Shown here in pieces: positions 9,397 to 20,403 of a stretch of DNA of 64,000 nucleotides. Both the position numbers and the translations under genes were made by a program. Origin of the DNA: Desulfosporosinus sp. (GTDB taxonomy: Bacteria; Bacillota; Desulfitobacteriia; Desulfitobacteriales; Desulfitobacteriaceae); the NCBI GenBank assembly GCA_031292075.1, contig JARLHW010000214.1:1634-65633 (forward strand), in the 5' to 3' direction. How positions within the stretch are numbered: the first letter of the stretch is position 1; every line of letters begins with the position of its first letter. Below the pieces are notes generated by a model, which saw only the letters and a list, made by a program, of their open reading frames with translations, was not told the origin of the DNA and searched no databases.

Positions 9397-12300
9397 CTAT
9401 TTTGTTTCGTTAATTTTGAGGCTCTCCCTGATTTTCAACGCTAATTCTTTCATTGTAAAGGGCTTCTGGATGAACTGTACATCTGCATCCAACTCTCCCT
9501 CTTTTGTTATTACATTTGTTGTATAGCCTGACGTAAAAAGGCACCCTATTTTAGGGTTATTCTTTAAAATATGTTGTTCAAGCTCACGACCGTTCATCTC
9601 AGGCATTACCACATCGGTCATCAGCAAATCTATGTCCCCGGCATGTTCTTTGCTCAGCAAGATAGCCTCTGTCGATTTGCTTGAGGCAAGCACCTTGTAG
9701 CCCAAATCTGTCAGCACTGTGGTGCAAATATCAAGTAGTTGTATTTCATCTTCAACAACCAAAATCGTTTCGCCAGATCCTCTTGGAATAATTTCAAAAT
9801 TGTCTTCTGTACTCTCACTTGCCGATCCACAAGAATAAGGGAAATAAATTTTAAAAGTCGTTCCTTTACCTGGCTCACTGTAAACATTGATAAAACCATT
9901 ATTCTGTTTAACAATGCCGTATACCGTTGACAAACCCAGGCCTGTCCCTTTCCCGATACCCTTGGTGGTAAAGAACGGTTCAAAAACTTTGGACTGAGTC
10001 CCCTTGTCCATTCCAGAGCCATTATCACTCATTATGAGGACAGCATAGTCGCCAGGGACGAAAAAGGTGTTCGAAGCGCAGTAGGTCTTATCAATAATTG
10101 TCCGTTGGGTTTCTATGCTTATTCTGCCATCAGCAGATATCGCATCTCGAGCATTAACACAGAGGTTCATCAACACCTGATTGAACTGGACAGGGTCAAT
10201 TTTTACGGAACAGGATACGGCCGTTGGTAGCCAAACCAGTTCTATATTTTCTCCAACTAATACTCGGATCATTTTTAGGATGTTGGTTACCAACTTGTTA
10301 ATATCCAAGATCTTCGGAGCTATCGTTTGGAGTCGTGCAAAGGCAAGAAGTTGTTGGGTTAATTCTGATGAATGTTGTGCTGCATTTATGATCTCCTGAA
10401 GATGGCTCTTAATATTTTGGGGCTCCTCAGTTAATTTTAGCATCGCCAGTTCAGCATGGCCTATGATTACACCTAGCATATTGTTATAGTCGTGAGCCAC
10501 TCCACCGGCTAACCGTCCAACAGATTCCATCTTTTGGGATTGCAGAAGTTGCGCCTGTAATTTAGTTTGTTCCTTTTTAGCTTTATTTTTCTCTGTATTA
10601 TCGTAAACTAGGGAAAGAACAGCCTTGGTTCCGCTCAAACTAATGATTTCAGCAGACCAAATCACATCAAGGATGTCTTTAGATTTGGTCCTGATCTGGC
10701 AAGGGAAATCCTTTATAGTTCCGTAAAGATATAATTGCGCTGCCAGGTCATTCCTAACCTCAATATCTTTCCACACTTCTAGTTCAAATGTCGTCCGTCC
10801 AAGGATCTCATCCCGGGAATACCCTGTCATCTGTAACCATCGCTCGTTTGCGTCAATGAAAAGCCCTGAGTCAATATCAGTTATAACCATTGATGCCGGT
10901 GATGACCTGAACGCTTTTGAGAATCTCTCTTCGCTATCCATTAAGGCATTCTCTGCCTGTTTGCGGTTGGTTATGTCTCTTACTGTGACCAGAAGGCGAT
11001 CCGACCCATCTATTTTCACAAGTCCCATCTTGACTTCAACCCAAAACAGATGACCCGATTTATTCTTTGCTTTCCAATTAAAAAGCTGTGGTTGTCCTAG
11101 GGCAGCCTTTGAAATCCATCCAACAGCGTCTTGAAGGGTATACGGTTGTTCGTCAGCGCTCAACACTCCAACGTCGATCGTCTTTGCTTCTTCTCTGCTG
11201 AAACCATACATGTCGCACATTTTTTGGTTTACATCTAAAATGGATCCTGTATCAATGTCTTGTATGAAAATCGCATCATTAGCCGAATCGTAAATTGTTC
11301 GATACCTTTCTTCGCTTTTTTGCAGTGCGTCTTTCTGCCGGTCAAGCTCGATTATCATACGATTGAAGGATTGGGATAGTGTGCCGATTTCATCATGTGT
11401 TTGGATGTCAATTAGCTTATTCGATCCTGCCTTTCCGGGAAGTGACTCAATATGCTGGGCAAACGTGATGAGAGGATAAGTAATGTATTTTATGAGAAAA
11501 AAAACCAATAACAAGAAACAGATGGTCCCAATAAATGCGACCAGAATAAACTTTTCCCTCAATTCTAAGATTTTTTCATGTGCCTCCGAAATTGGGTAAT
11601 TTGCAGCGACTATCCAGTTGTTCACTTTTAGATGCTTAAAGGAAACCAGCATATGTATGCCATTAGTATTGAGAGTTTCTCCGGATCCCTCAAACCCGTC
11701 AACGGCCTTGTCATACATGAGATTGGTCCCGAGTGGGACAGGTTCTAATATCCGCCTTGCATCGGGATGCATGATCATCATTCGGCTCTTACCCGTCGTT
11801 AAATAGAGATAGCCTGCATGCCCAATACTGATCTTGGAGAGGTCTTGAAGAATGTTTTTCCCCATAAGATCCATAGCTCCCATCACGATCCCTATCAACG
11901 CTCCTGCTTTGTCGAATACCGGGACGGTCATTCTAATGATAGGATGTTTAGAGGCTAGAGATGAAATATAGGGGTCAGATATGACAGGTGCCTTAGTTGC
12001 TACAGTGTTTTGATAATAAGGTCGGAAAGAAACATCAAATCCACGACGATCGGGAAACAAAGGGGTCTCGGCAAATATTTTACCTTCAGGTGTAAGGATT
12101 GAAATTTGATAATCAAAAATCTGCTGCAAACCGATCATGCTGTCGATTAAAACTTGGGCTCGTTCAGAATCTTTCATTACTGCAGGTGGAATTCCATGGG
12201 CTACAGCAATGAGCTGATTCTGTGCAGCAATAAGCGTATTATCAATCTCGCTAGCAAATCCTGTCACCATATTGAATTGGTCTTGCGCAATAGTAACTTG

Positions 12301-12438
12301 CAGCTGTTTCTCAAAGAATGAGAACGTAACAGATGCCAAGGTGGTAACCAAGAAAATGACAAGTAATGATACGGCGACAGTAATTTTTGCTTTTAACCCG
12401 AATTTAAAAGCCATTTTCACGTTTCCATTGTCAAACAA
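9397..12438 (-). CDS. Hybrid sensor histidine kinase (dCache-HAMP-2xPAS-HisKA-HATPase-REC)
   Basis: GGVAHDYNN H-box, NLCVNARDA N-box, FFTTKG/GTGLGL, C-terminal receiver domain. Confidence 0.95.
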   Translation of the reverse strand: MFDNGNVKMAFKFGLKAKITVAVSLLVIFLVTTLASVTFSFFEKQLQVTIAQDQFNMVTGFASEIDNTLIAAQNQLIAVAHGIPPAVMKDSERAQVLIDSMIGLQQIFDYQISILTPEGKIFAETPLFPDRRGFDVSFRPYYQNTVATKAPVISDPYISSLASKHPIIRMTVPVFDKAGALIGIVMGAMDLMGKNILQDLSKISIGHAGYLYLTTGKSRMMIMHPDARRILEPVPLGTNLMYDKAVDGFEGSGETLNTNGIHMLVSFKHLKVNNWIVAANYPISEAHEKILELREKFILVAFIGTICFLLLVFFLIKYITYPLITFAQHIESLPGKAGSNKLIDIQTHDEIGTLSQSFNRMIIELDRQKDALQKSEERYRTIYDSANDAIFIQDIDTGSILDVNQKMCDMYGFSREEAKTIDVGVLSADEQPYTLQDAVGWISKAALGQPQLFNWKAKNKSGHLFWVEVKMGLVKIDGSDRLLVTVRDITNRKQAENALMDSEERFSKAFRSSPASMVITDIDSGLFIDANERWLQMTGYSRDEILGRTTFELEVWKDIEVRNDLAAQLYLYGTIKDFPCQIRTKSKDILDVIWSAEIISLSGTKAVLSLVYDNTEKNKAKKEQTKLQAQLLQSQKMESVGRLAGGVAHDYNNMLGVIIGHAELAMLKLTEEPQNIKSHLQEIINAAQHSSELTQQLLAFARLQTIAPKILDINKLVTNILKMIRVLVGENIELVWLPTAVSCSVKIDPVQFNQVLMNLCVNARDAISADGRISIETQRTIIDKTYCASNTFFVPGDYAVLIMSDNGSGMDKGTQSKVFEPFFTTKGIGKGTGLGLSTVYGIVKQNNGFINVYSEPGKGTTFKIYFPYSCGSASESTEDNFEIIPRGSGETILVVEDEIQLLDICTTVLTDLGYKVLASSKSTEAILLSKEHAGDIDLLMTDVVMPEMNGRELEQHILKNNPKIGCLFTSGYTTNVITKEGELDADVQFIQKPFTMKELALKIRESLKINETK

Positions 12439-12542
12439 AAAGCTAAAAAAGGGTATGACTTTACTGTGTTAACCTAACTGGAATTCTCATTCTCTGTCTG
12501 AATAATATTATTTATATCATATAGTTATCTTGTCACCCTCCA

Positions 12543-12938
12543 TTACTCCTTGTTTCCCAACACTTCCAAAATCTTTGTTGCCAGCTGCTTTTGAGAAAAA
12601 GGCTTTTGTATAAAAAACACCCCCTCATTCAGTACACCTTGATCTGCTATAATATTATCGTGGTGGCCGGACATATAAAGTAGTCTTGTTCCAGGTAGGA
12701 TTTCCATAATTCGTTCTGCTAATTCACGACCATTCATATCAGGCATGATCACATCAGTAATGACCAAATCAAGTTTTTTGTTTAACTCCCTAGTATACTT
12801 GATAGCCTGACTGGGAGTACTCGCGGCCAGGACAGAGTATCCCAATCGTTGAAGCATCGTCGTGATCATTTTTAATAACACGGGTTCATCTTCTGCCAGT
12901 AGGATGAATCTTGATTCAGGTGAAGTTGGGTCGACCAT
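12543..12938 (-). CDS. Stand-alone response regulator receiver protein
   Basis: ILLAEDE, ITDVIMP, YMSG, FIQKPF. Confidence 0.88.
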   Translation of the reverse strand: MVDPTSPESRFILLAEDEPVLLKMITTMLQRLGYSVLAASTPSQAIKYTRELNKKLDLVITDVIMPDMNGRELAERIMEILPGTRLLYMSGHHDNIIADQGVLNEGVFFIQKPFSQKQLATKILEVLGNKE

Positions 12939-13170
12939 AGCTATCCTAATCAGCGAGCAAAACGCCTTCATTATGTTAGGGAGACCTTGGCAATTACATT
13001 GTTGATGTCCGAGATTATCTATGAAATTTAACTTTACATAATCAATGAACTTGAGAGTAAAAAACCAATAAACAGGTAGATATCTGTCGGAAAATACAAC
13101 TGGAATTAACTGGCTGCAATATTAGATAATCTTTATATAAAATTACAATTTTTGTAATATTGATACAACA

Positions 13171-14082
13171 TCAACTCAACGCGGAAAGATAGGATTGCAG
13201 GTTTTGAGTTTTTGTGAGACATAATTTTTTTCGGATCCGGTAACGGTGTAGGTTAATTGCAGCAACAGATACGCTAAGAAAGGTGGCAATCTCTTTAGTG
13301 CTTTTACCTTCCTTGATTAAATTAGCGATCTGGACTTCTTTATTTGTGAGATTTAAGAACTGGGTAGACAGTTTCTGGGCGAAAGGAGATGTGATATCTC
13401 TCAGATTTGACAAAAGTATATTTATTAAAGACTTAGTTCTAATATCAGCCTTTGCCTTTAATAGCTCAATAGAAGGGAGAACAAGAAGGTTTATGTTGAA
13501 TTGAATCTTTTCTTCTACCATGTTCCTTTCTTCGTCACGTTGCTTCAACAAGACTCTTAGGGCAGAATTGAGACTTTCTAACTCACAATTTTTTCCTCGA
13601 AGGTCTAACTCCATTTTTTCTAATTCAAGTTCAGTATTTTTGAGCTTCGTAATATCACGGATAGATTCAATAGCGCCAACGACATTTCCTCTATTGTCGT
13701 ATAACGGACCAGCCATACCCCAGAGAAAAAGATTTTCCCCTTTCACTATAGGGAGTTTGGTCTCGGCAAATACGCGCCTGTCTTTCTTTACTAAAAATAA
13801 ATAGGCTTTCTCTGGGAGTATTTTGTCCGGGTTAAGGACCAAATCTATTAACTGAGGTCTTCTGATACCGTAAAAAGGAATGGCATATTCATAGTTTTCC
13901 TTTCCCAGAATATCTTTGGCTTTTACACCGACCATTTCTTCAATGGCACGATTCCAAATGATGACTTTCCCCGCCCCATCAATCGCAAAAGTTGCGTCTG
14001 GGAGGAAATCGATTATGTTCGCTAATCTTTGCTCAGGTTCCTCTAATGATTTTGCAGTCAATTTTCGACATCCAACATTCAT
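13171..14082 (-). CDS. PAS domain + LuxR HTH transcriptional regulator
   Basis: FLPDATFAID...GAIESIRDIT PAS; LTNKEVQIANLIKEGKSTKEIA...HRYRIRKKL LuxR HTH. Likely start at 14082. Confidence 0.9.
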   Translation of the reverse strand: MNVGCRKLTAKSLEEPEQRLANIIDFLPDATFAIDGAGKVIIWNRAIEEMVGVKAKDILGKENYEYAIPFYGIRRPQLIDLVLNPDKILPEKAYLFLVKKDRRVFAETKLPIVKGENLFLWGMAGPLYDNRGNVVGAIESIRDITKLKNTELELEKMELDLRGKNCELESLNSALRVLLKQRDEERNMVEEKIQFNINLLVLPSIELLKAKADIRTKSLINILLSNLRDITSPFAQKLSTQFLNLTNKEVQIANLIKEGKSTKEIATFLSVSVAAINLHRYRIRKKLCLTKTQNLQSYLSALS

Positions 14083-14454
14083 CGTTCCCCCAACAAGATA
14101 GTTTGAAGTCTGCAATTGATGACGGTGCGGAGCAGCACCGAAATCCCAATAGCCACTAAAGTGCCACCAAAACAAAGATCCCAAACTTGAAAGCATCATT
14201 GAGATTATTTTCTGAATCTGGGCCTCGCTTTAGTCAAAAAAATGGCAGTTTATAGAATATGTGATGTCATCCTGGCATTCTGCTCTTCCGTTGTCACCTC
14301 CTGTTGATATTGTGCAACCGGAATTGATATATATTAGTTCAGACACTTATAGATTACAGCTATAATGAAAAAAAGTCAGGATTGAAATAAAAGTGAAAAA
14401 ACATTGAGAGAATATCAATGTTATAAAATAGGAAAGGATTGCTCTCTTGATTGA

Positions 14455-17064
14455 TTATTCAGCAAACTCGGAATTGAGAAAGGTTTGAAGATTGATCTTT
14501 TTATGGCAAAGACCAAGTTTTTTGCGGAGATTATTACGGTGAGATTCTACTGTTTGGTATGAAAGGTTAAGTAACCGCATAATATCTTTTGTGGACTTCC
14601 CTTGTCGGATGAAATTTGCTACTTGCATCTCACGTGTAGTAAGTCGAAAAAAAGGAGACTCTAGTCTTCGGGCTAAAGGATGAGCCAGATTTTGTGTGTT
14701 ACTTTCCAAAAGTTCCACCAACTCATGGGCTCCTTTAGTAAGTTGCTGTTTTTTCAATAGGTCTAGGATCTGAAAACTATTAGTCCGTAAATTTGCTACC
14801 ACACGCTCTTGGATATCCGCCTCAGCCTTACGGGCATAGTCAAGCATCATAGCAAGTGTCGCATTTGTTTTTTCAAGATCTGCAGTACGGTCCAACACTC
14901 GGCGCTCTAATTCATCATGAGCTTTCATGAGAGCTTCTTCAGCCATTTTTCGCTCAGTAATATCTAAGATTATTCCGTTGATATAAAGTGGTTGGCCGAA
15001 CGATTGCTTACCGCTAAAAATTGTTTGACCGATTACTCGCAGCCAGCGAACCTGACTGTCGCTGCGGATGATTCTGCATTCATGGTCCAACATGCCCGAA
15101 CCGTTAGGATCCTTTGCAATATTAATACAAGCCAGGAATTCGGATTTATCTTTAGGATGAATTGCCTTGACGACCAGGTCCGTATCTAGCTCCAACGTTG
15201 AAGTGGATGCCAATCCAAATAAAGCTAAAAATTCAGGGGAGTAATATGCCTCACCAAGGCAAAAGTCATATGAATATACTCCAAATCCAGCGGCTTTTGC
15301 AGCCGCTTTCAGGCGTTCTTCACTTTGCTGCAGCTTCACTTCAGCTATTTTTCGCTCGGTTATATCAGTATGAACGACTACTACGCCCCGATTATCGGGA
15401 CCTAAAGGAGTTACGTTCATAGTAAACCAACGAACTTGAAAGGGTGAATTGCAGGAATATTCTAGACTGAAGCGGCTTATCTGGCCATCAAGTACAGACT
15501 GTATGCCATTTAAGGTTTTCAGGGCATCGTCCGATTCTAAGCCGGTTGCAACGCGGCAAACCCACATGTAATCGGCACCAACGCCGGTATTTGGTACAGG
15601 AATACCTGGCTCACGACTGTTTTCTAACGCAAAACGAGTCCAGGATTCGTTCACAGCTAATATAATTCCATTATGATCAAGTACAACAATTTCGTCTGAC
15701 AAAGAATTCAGAATTGCAAGATTAAAGATTTGACTATCCTGTAATTGCTTTTCTATTATGCTCCGTCTAGTAATATCCCTTACCATGCCAAACATAAGGC
15801 ATCGGCCTTGGAGCAAGAAAGGTTCTTCGACAATCTCTACAGGGAAGATCGTACCATCCTTTTTCTTGTGATACCTTAGAGGAACAAAAATTCCCCCTTT
15901 AGATTGTGCAATTCTCAGTGATACTAAGGAAGCCTCTTTATCCGCACTAAGGTCATAGACTTTCATGCCTGCCAACATTTCTTCCCGGCTATAACCGTAA
16001 AGTTGAAGGTGTGTTTTATTTGCGTCTATGAGTTGAAAAGTTTCAAGATCGAATATACAAATGGCAGTAACATGATTTTCAAACACTTTTCTGTATTTCT
16101 CTTCGTTCTCTTGGAGAGCTTTCTCAACCATTTTTCGATCAGAGATGTCATGAATTATGGAATAAAGAAGGTCCTTTCCTGCTATACTTATCCGACTGCT
16201 GAATACCTCAACATCTATAATGGATCCGTCAGCCTTTCGATGGCGAAATTCAAACTTCATAGAATTCATCGCCATCGTTTCCTTCATTTCATTACATATT
16301 TTATCAGGTGGCAGTGTGTTAATCTTTTGAATGCACATCTGCCGGAGTTCCTTAATGGACCATCCGTAAAATTCTGCTGCGGATCTATTTGCATCAACAA
16401 TATTTCCAGTATCCGAATCAATAATCAGCGAGACAGTTTTACCGTCTTCAAATAGTTTTCTAAATTTCTCCTCACTAATATTCAGGGCCTCTTCAGTCCG
16501 TTTCAACTCTGAGATATCAATTAGCACCAGCATGAGCATAGGCCTGCCTGCGGATTCAAAAGATATGGCGACATTCAGTCGTACCCAGAATACCGTCTCG
16601 TCTATATTTTTTATCCGCAGTTCAAAAATCTGTGGAATACCAGTCTCAAGAAGTCTTTTGCAATGTAGGTAGTAGATGTCTTGGTCATCTTTAAAAAGAA
16701 ACTGGCATATAGGTTTCTTGATCAGAATTTCCCGAGACACACCCACCATAGAAGCGGCGGTTAAATTAGCCTTTAAAATCAGCCCAGATTTGCTGACAGT
16801 GACATACCCAACAGGGGCCAGATTATAGAGATCAAAATACTGATCCTTCACAATACCCAGTTCAGACTGGGCTCGGCGCAATTCCTCGTTCTGCATCTCG
16901 AGCTCAATTTGATGCACCTGTAATTCATGGAATATTTTCCTGGTCTCCTCAGGTGGCAGGTCCTTTTGGATGTCCGGAAGCAGGAGGAATCTTTCCTGGC
17001 AAATATCTTCTGCCATCTTTCGAAGTTCGCCTCCTTGTTGCGAAGGATCTTTATGGTTGTTCAT
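14455..17064 (-). CDS. Multi-PAS + LuxR HTH regulator
   Basis: N-terminal HELQVHQIELEMQNEELR coiled coil, about five PAS/PAC units, C-terminal LTTREMQVA...HRNNLRKKL HTH. Confidence 0.9.
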   Translation of the reverse strand: MNNHKDPSQQGGELRKMAEDICQERFLLLPDIQKDLPPEETRKIFHELQVHQIELEMQNEELRRAQSELGIVKDQYFDLYNLAPVGYVTVSKSGLILKANLTAASMVGVSREILIKKPICQFLFKDDQDIYYLHCKRLLETGIPQIFELRIKNIDETVFWVRLNVAISFESAGRPMLMLVLIDISELKRTEEALNISEEKFRKLFEDGKTVSLIIDSDTGNIVDANRSAAEFYGWSIKELRQMCIQKINTLPPDKICNEMKETMAMNSMKFEFRHRKADGSIIDVEVFSSRISIAGKDLLYSIIHDISDRKMVEKALQENEEKYRKVFENHVTAICIFDLETFQLIDANKTHLQLYGYSREEMLAGMKVYDLSADKEASLVSLRIAQSKGGIFVPLRYHKKKDGTIFPVEIVEEPFLLQGRCLMFGMVRDITRRSIIEKQLQDSQIFNLAILNSLSDEIVVLDHNGIILAVNESWTRFALENSREPGIPVPNTGVGADYMWVCRVATGLESDDALKTLNGIQSVLDGQISRFSLEYSCNSPFQVRWFTMNVTPLGPDNRGVVVVHTDITERKIAEVKLQQSEERLKAAAKAAGFGVYSYDFCLGEAYYSPEFLALFGLASTSTLELDTDLVVKAIHPKDKSEFLACINIAKDPNGSGMLDHECRIIRSDSQVRWLRVIGQTIFSGKQSFGQPLYINGIILDITERKMAEEALMKAHDELERRVLDRTADLEKTNATLAMMLDYARKAEADIQERVVANLRTNSFQILDLLKKQQLTKGAHELVELLESNTQNLAHPLARRLESPFFRLTTREMQVANFIRQGKSTKDIMRLLNLSYQTVESHRNNLRKKLGLCHKKINLQTFLNSEFAE

Positions 17065-17081
17065 TGGCCCTCATGTCCTAT

Positions 17082-20000
17082 TTAATCTCTGTCCTTCCCG
17101 TCCTTACCCTGATATCCCATATCCCAAGCGCAGGTAATGCCGATAATACCGCCAGCAGCGTCATAGAGCGGCTCCACAGTCAAATCTACAAAATACGGTT
17201 TGCCTTCTCCCTCCATCCGGACTTCCCGCCGGACTCCTTTGCCGGTTACCAGCACCGGTTGTTTAATAGCCGTAATGGTCGCGGCATCGTCGGTCGGAAA
17301 TATCTCAGAATCGGTCCTGCCAAGGACCTGCTCTGCCCTGAACGTAAAAAACGGATCCTGGATCCAGGTGTAGCGCAAATCCTTGTCTTGGCTTGAGACC
17401 GCAAGTGAAGTGGCCTGCAGGGCAACCCGCAGGCGTTCTTCCTGCAGTCGCAGGGTCTCCTGCATCTTCTTGGCATTGCTTACTTCGACAAAGGTGATAA
17501 CTGCGCCTTCAATGACGTTGTCCAGTGTGCGGTAAGGCTGGATACGCATCGTGTACCATTTATCCTCCAGGGTCTCCACATCCACTTCCTTGGCAATCAG
17601 GGTATCCAGCACCGCCTGTGTATCCGGCACCATCCTGTCATATCCGGCCAGATTGGAGACGATGTGCCCCACCGGTCTGCCGATGTCGCTTGAAATCAGG
17701 TTGATGATCTTGGTGATGGACGGAGTGAACCGCAGGATATTCAGATGATGGTCCACAAAGACGGTGCCGATGCCGGTTCCGGCCAAGAGGTTGTTCATAT
17801 CGTTATTGGCACGGGACAGTTCGATTACCTTGCTTTGTAGTTCGGCATTGACTGTAGATAATTCTTCATTCACCGACTGCAGTTCCTCCTTGGAGGTCTC
17901 AAGCTCCTCGTTGGTGGACTGCAGTTCTTCGTTCACCGATTGCATTTCCTCATTCGAAGACTTGAGCTCTTCGTTGGATGTTTCCAGCTCTTCATTCATG
18001 GACCTGAGATGCTCTTCACTGGCCTGCAATTCAAGCTTGAGTCTGGTGATATTCACATCCTCTCCCTTTGTTTCCGCCATGGCCTGGAAAGCTGCATGCT
18101 CTGCCTGTTCTGCATCCAGATCGGATAACTCCTCCAGGATGACCACCAGGAACAGATGCACCTCGGGAGCCAGAGCCTGACCTGCCGGGACCGGACGAAT
18201 GGTCAGGTTGACTGTGGTGAATGCGCCGTTGGTCTTTACGCGTACTCCGGCATTCCGCACGATCTCCTTGGTCCCGGCCGCCTTTTGCAGGGCCACACTC
18301 AGTACATGCCGCAGTCCTTCCCTGGCCATCTTCAGGATATTGAGAATGCCGACTTCACCGGTCGGCGGCTCAAGATACATTCCGGTCCGACCATGCAGGT
18401 AAAGTATTTCGCCCCGCTCGTTGACAAGCGCTGCCGCCGGACTGATCTGCTGCAAAAGCGCCTGCTCGGTCATTTCCCGAAGCGGAAGCTTGACCGGAAA
18501 ACCTGTTTTTCCAAAGGCCCGCTGCATCGCTGGATCGTTTGCCTTAACAGAAGGCATAAAGTTGCTGGGCGCCAGACGTTGGGCATTGGAAGGATATCCT
18601 TTATGCTGGTACAGTTTCAGCTTGCGATCAAGGGTGACAAACAGATCGGCAAACTCTCCCACGGTCTCCGAGGTGCCGAGGAAGAGATAGCCCCCGGGAT
18701 TCAGTGCATAGTGAAAGAGGGGGATAAGCCTCTTCTGCAGGTCCCCGTTCATGTAGATCATCAGATTGCGGCAACTGATGAGATCGAGCCTGGAAAAGGG
18801 TGGGTCTTTAATCACGTCCTGCTCGGAAAAGACCAGCATATCGCGGATCATCTTGTTTATTCGGTAGGCGCTGCCGTCGGGCTCTGCTGTGAAAAAACGG
18901 GCCAAACGCTCAGATGAAAGGTCAGCTGCGATGTTGGCCGGATAGATGCCGGCCCGGGCTGCGGCAATCGCCTGGCTGTCGATATCGGTGGCAAAGATCT
19001 GACACTTAAAGCTCTGCTTCAGCGCCTCCTGGTGCTCGGCCAGAAGAATTGCAAGAGAGTACGCCTCTTCCCCGGTGGAGCAACCCGGAGACCAGACGCG
19101 AATTCCCACATCCCCTGTCTTCCCGGCAAAGAGCTTCGGGATCACCTGTTCCTCAAGCAAAGCAAAGGCTTCAGGATCGCGGAAAAAATTGGTGACACCT
19201 ATAAGGAGATCACGGAAGAGCGCCTCTACCTCCACCGGGGTCTTCTGCAGATACTTGACGAATCCGTCGATTGTCTCGATCTGGTGAACGGCCATGCGGC
19301 GTTCGATGCGGCGGTAGATCGTATTTCCCTTATATTGAGAAAAGTCGTGTCCGGTCTGGGCGCGTAGGAGAATAAGAATTTTCTTCAGCGCATTCTCGGC
19401 CTGAGGAACTCCGGGACGGACTGAACGCAACGGTTTGCTGAAGGCATGGCCAGTGTATGCGATAAGTTGACCTGGCATTTCGGCAGGCGGCAATTCATAA
19501 TCCACAATGCCTGTCGCGATAGTGCTGCGGGGCATGCCGTCGTATTCGGTACTGGCGGGATCCTGGGCCATGACCATGCCCCCTTCGCCTTTTATTGCCC
19601 GGGCGCCCAATGTTCCGTCACTACCCGTACCCGAGAGAACAATGCATATGGCGTTCTCACGCTGATCCTGAGCAAGCGACCGAAAAAAGAAATCGATGGG
19701 CATTCTCTGGCCGCGGGGTTCAGAGGGGTCAAGGAGATGGAGGGCGCCGTTTAAAAAGGCCATATCCTTGCCTGGCGGAATGATATAGGCGCAGTTGGGT
19801 TGCACAGTCATCCCGTCCTCCACCTCGAAGACCTGCATCCGGGTATAGCGCCTGATGAGATCGGTCAGGATGCTTTTATGGTCCGGGTCCAGGTGTTGCA
19901 CCAGCACGAATGCCATGCCGGGATCTCTGTCCGCAGGCATCCCTGAAAAAAAGGCCTCAAATGCGGCCAGGCCCCCGGCCGATGCGCCGACGCCCACAAT

Positions 20001-20150
20001 GGGAAACGCCGTGGCTGCCTTCCCTGCCGCTTCCTTTCTGGCAATCGGTTCTCCGGTAATTCCTAGAGCCTGGCTGATCTCAGTATTATCCGAATCCGGG
20101 GCTGGTATTTGAGTTCGCCGTTTCGGCGTACTCTTTTTCTTGGCTGACAT
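17082..20150 (-). CDS. CheB methylesterase / CheR methyltransferase fusion with coiled coil and PAS domains
   Basis: GASAGG, QHL, GSDG (CheB triad); GCSTGEEAYS, ATDID, SCRNL (CheR); NEEL heptad repeats. Start at 20150 with RBS. Confidence 0.95.
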   Translation of the reverse strand: MSAKKKSTPKRRTQIPAPDSDNTEISQALGITGEPIARKEAAGKAATAFPIVGVGASAGGLAAFEAFFSGMPADRDPGMAFVLVQHLDPDHKSILTDLIRRYTRMQVFEVEDGMTVQPNCAYIIPPGKDMAFLNGALHLLDPSEPRGQRMPIDFFFRSLAQDQRENAICIVLSGTGSDGTLGARAIKGEGGMVMAQDPASTEYDGMPRSTIATGIVDYELPPAEMPGQLIAYTGHAFSKPLRSVRPGVPQAENALKKILILLRAQTGHDFSQYKGNTIYRRIERRMAVHQIETIDGFVKYLQKTPVEVEALFRDLLIGVTNFFRDPEAFALLEEQVIPKLFAGKTGDVGIRVWSPGCSTGEEAYSLAILLAEHQEALKQSFKCQIFATDIDSQAIAAARAGIYPANIAADLSSERLARFFTAEPDGSAYRINKMIRDMLVFSEQDVIKDPPFSRLDLISCRNLMIYMNGDLQKRLIPLFHYALNPGGYLFLGTSETVGEFADLFVTLDRKLKLYQHKGYPSNAQRLAPSNFMPSVKANDPAMQRAFGKTGFPVKLPLREMTEQALLQQISPAAALVNERGEILYLHGRTGMYLEPPTGEVGILNILKMAREGLRHVLSVALQKAAGTKEIVRNAGVRVKTNGAFTTVNLTIRPVPAGQALAPEVHLFLVVILEELSDLDAEQAEHAAFQAMAETKGEDVNITRLKLELQASEEHLRSMNEELETSNEELKSSNEEMQSVNEELQSTNEELETSKEELQSVNEELSTVNAELQSKVIELSRANNDMNNLLAGTGIGTVFVDHHLNILRFTPSITKIINLISSDIGRPVGHIVSNLAGYDRMVPDTQAVLDTLIAKEVDVETLEDKWYTMRIQPYRTLDNVIEGAVITFVEVSNAKKMQETLRLQEERLRVALQATSLAVSSQDKDLRYTWIQDPFFTFRAEQVLGRTDSEIFPTDDAATITAIKQPVLVTGKGVRREVRMEGEGKPYFVDLTVEPLYDAAGGIIGITCAWDMGYQGKDGKDRD

Positions 20151-20403
20151 ACAATCCCTCTCCGGAGGAGGTTGACAGGGGTGCGACCTGAAAATCGTGC
20201 TTATTGCTACTTGAAATTTCTCAGTCACGGGCAAGTCTGCTCATGAATTGCCCGATACGCCTTGGCATTGCTATGATTCGTTAATGTAGAAACAAGAGAG
20301 TTCGCCTGATTGATAATTGACAGCACGCGTCACGCAAGCTTTGCACTCCTTTTCGGTCAGCCATCTTTTTTGAAACTCACTACAACAATTCGACTATAAT
20401 TCT

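Noticed and set aside
13031-13058. dif-like site (XerD-like arm TTATGTAAAGT on the minus strand)
   Set aside because: No matching XerC arm at 6-bp spacing.
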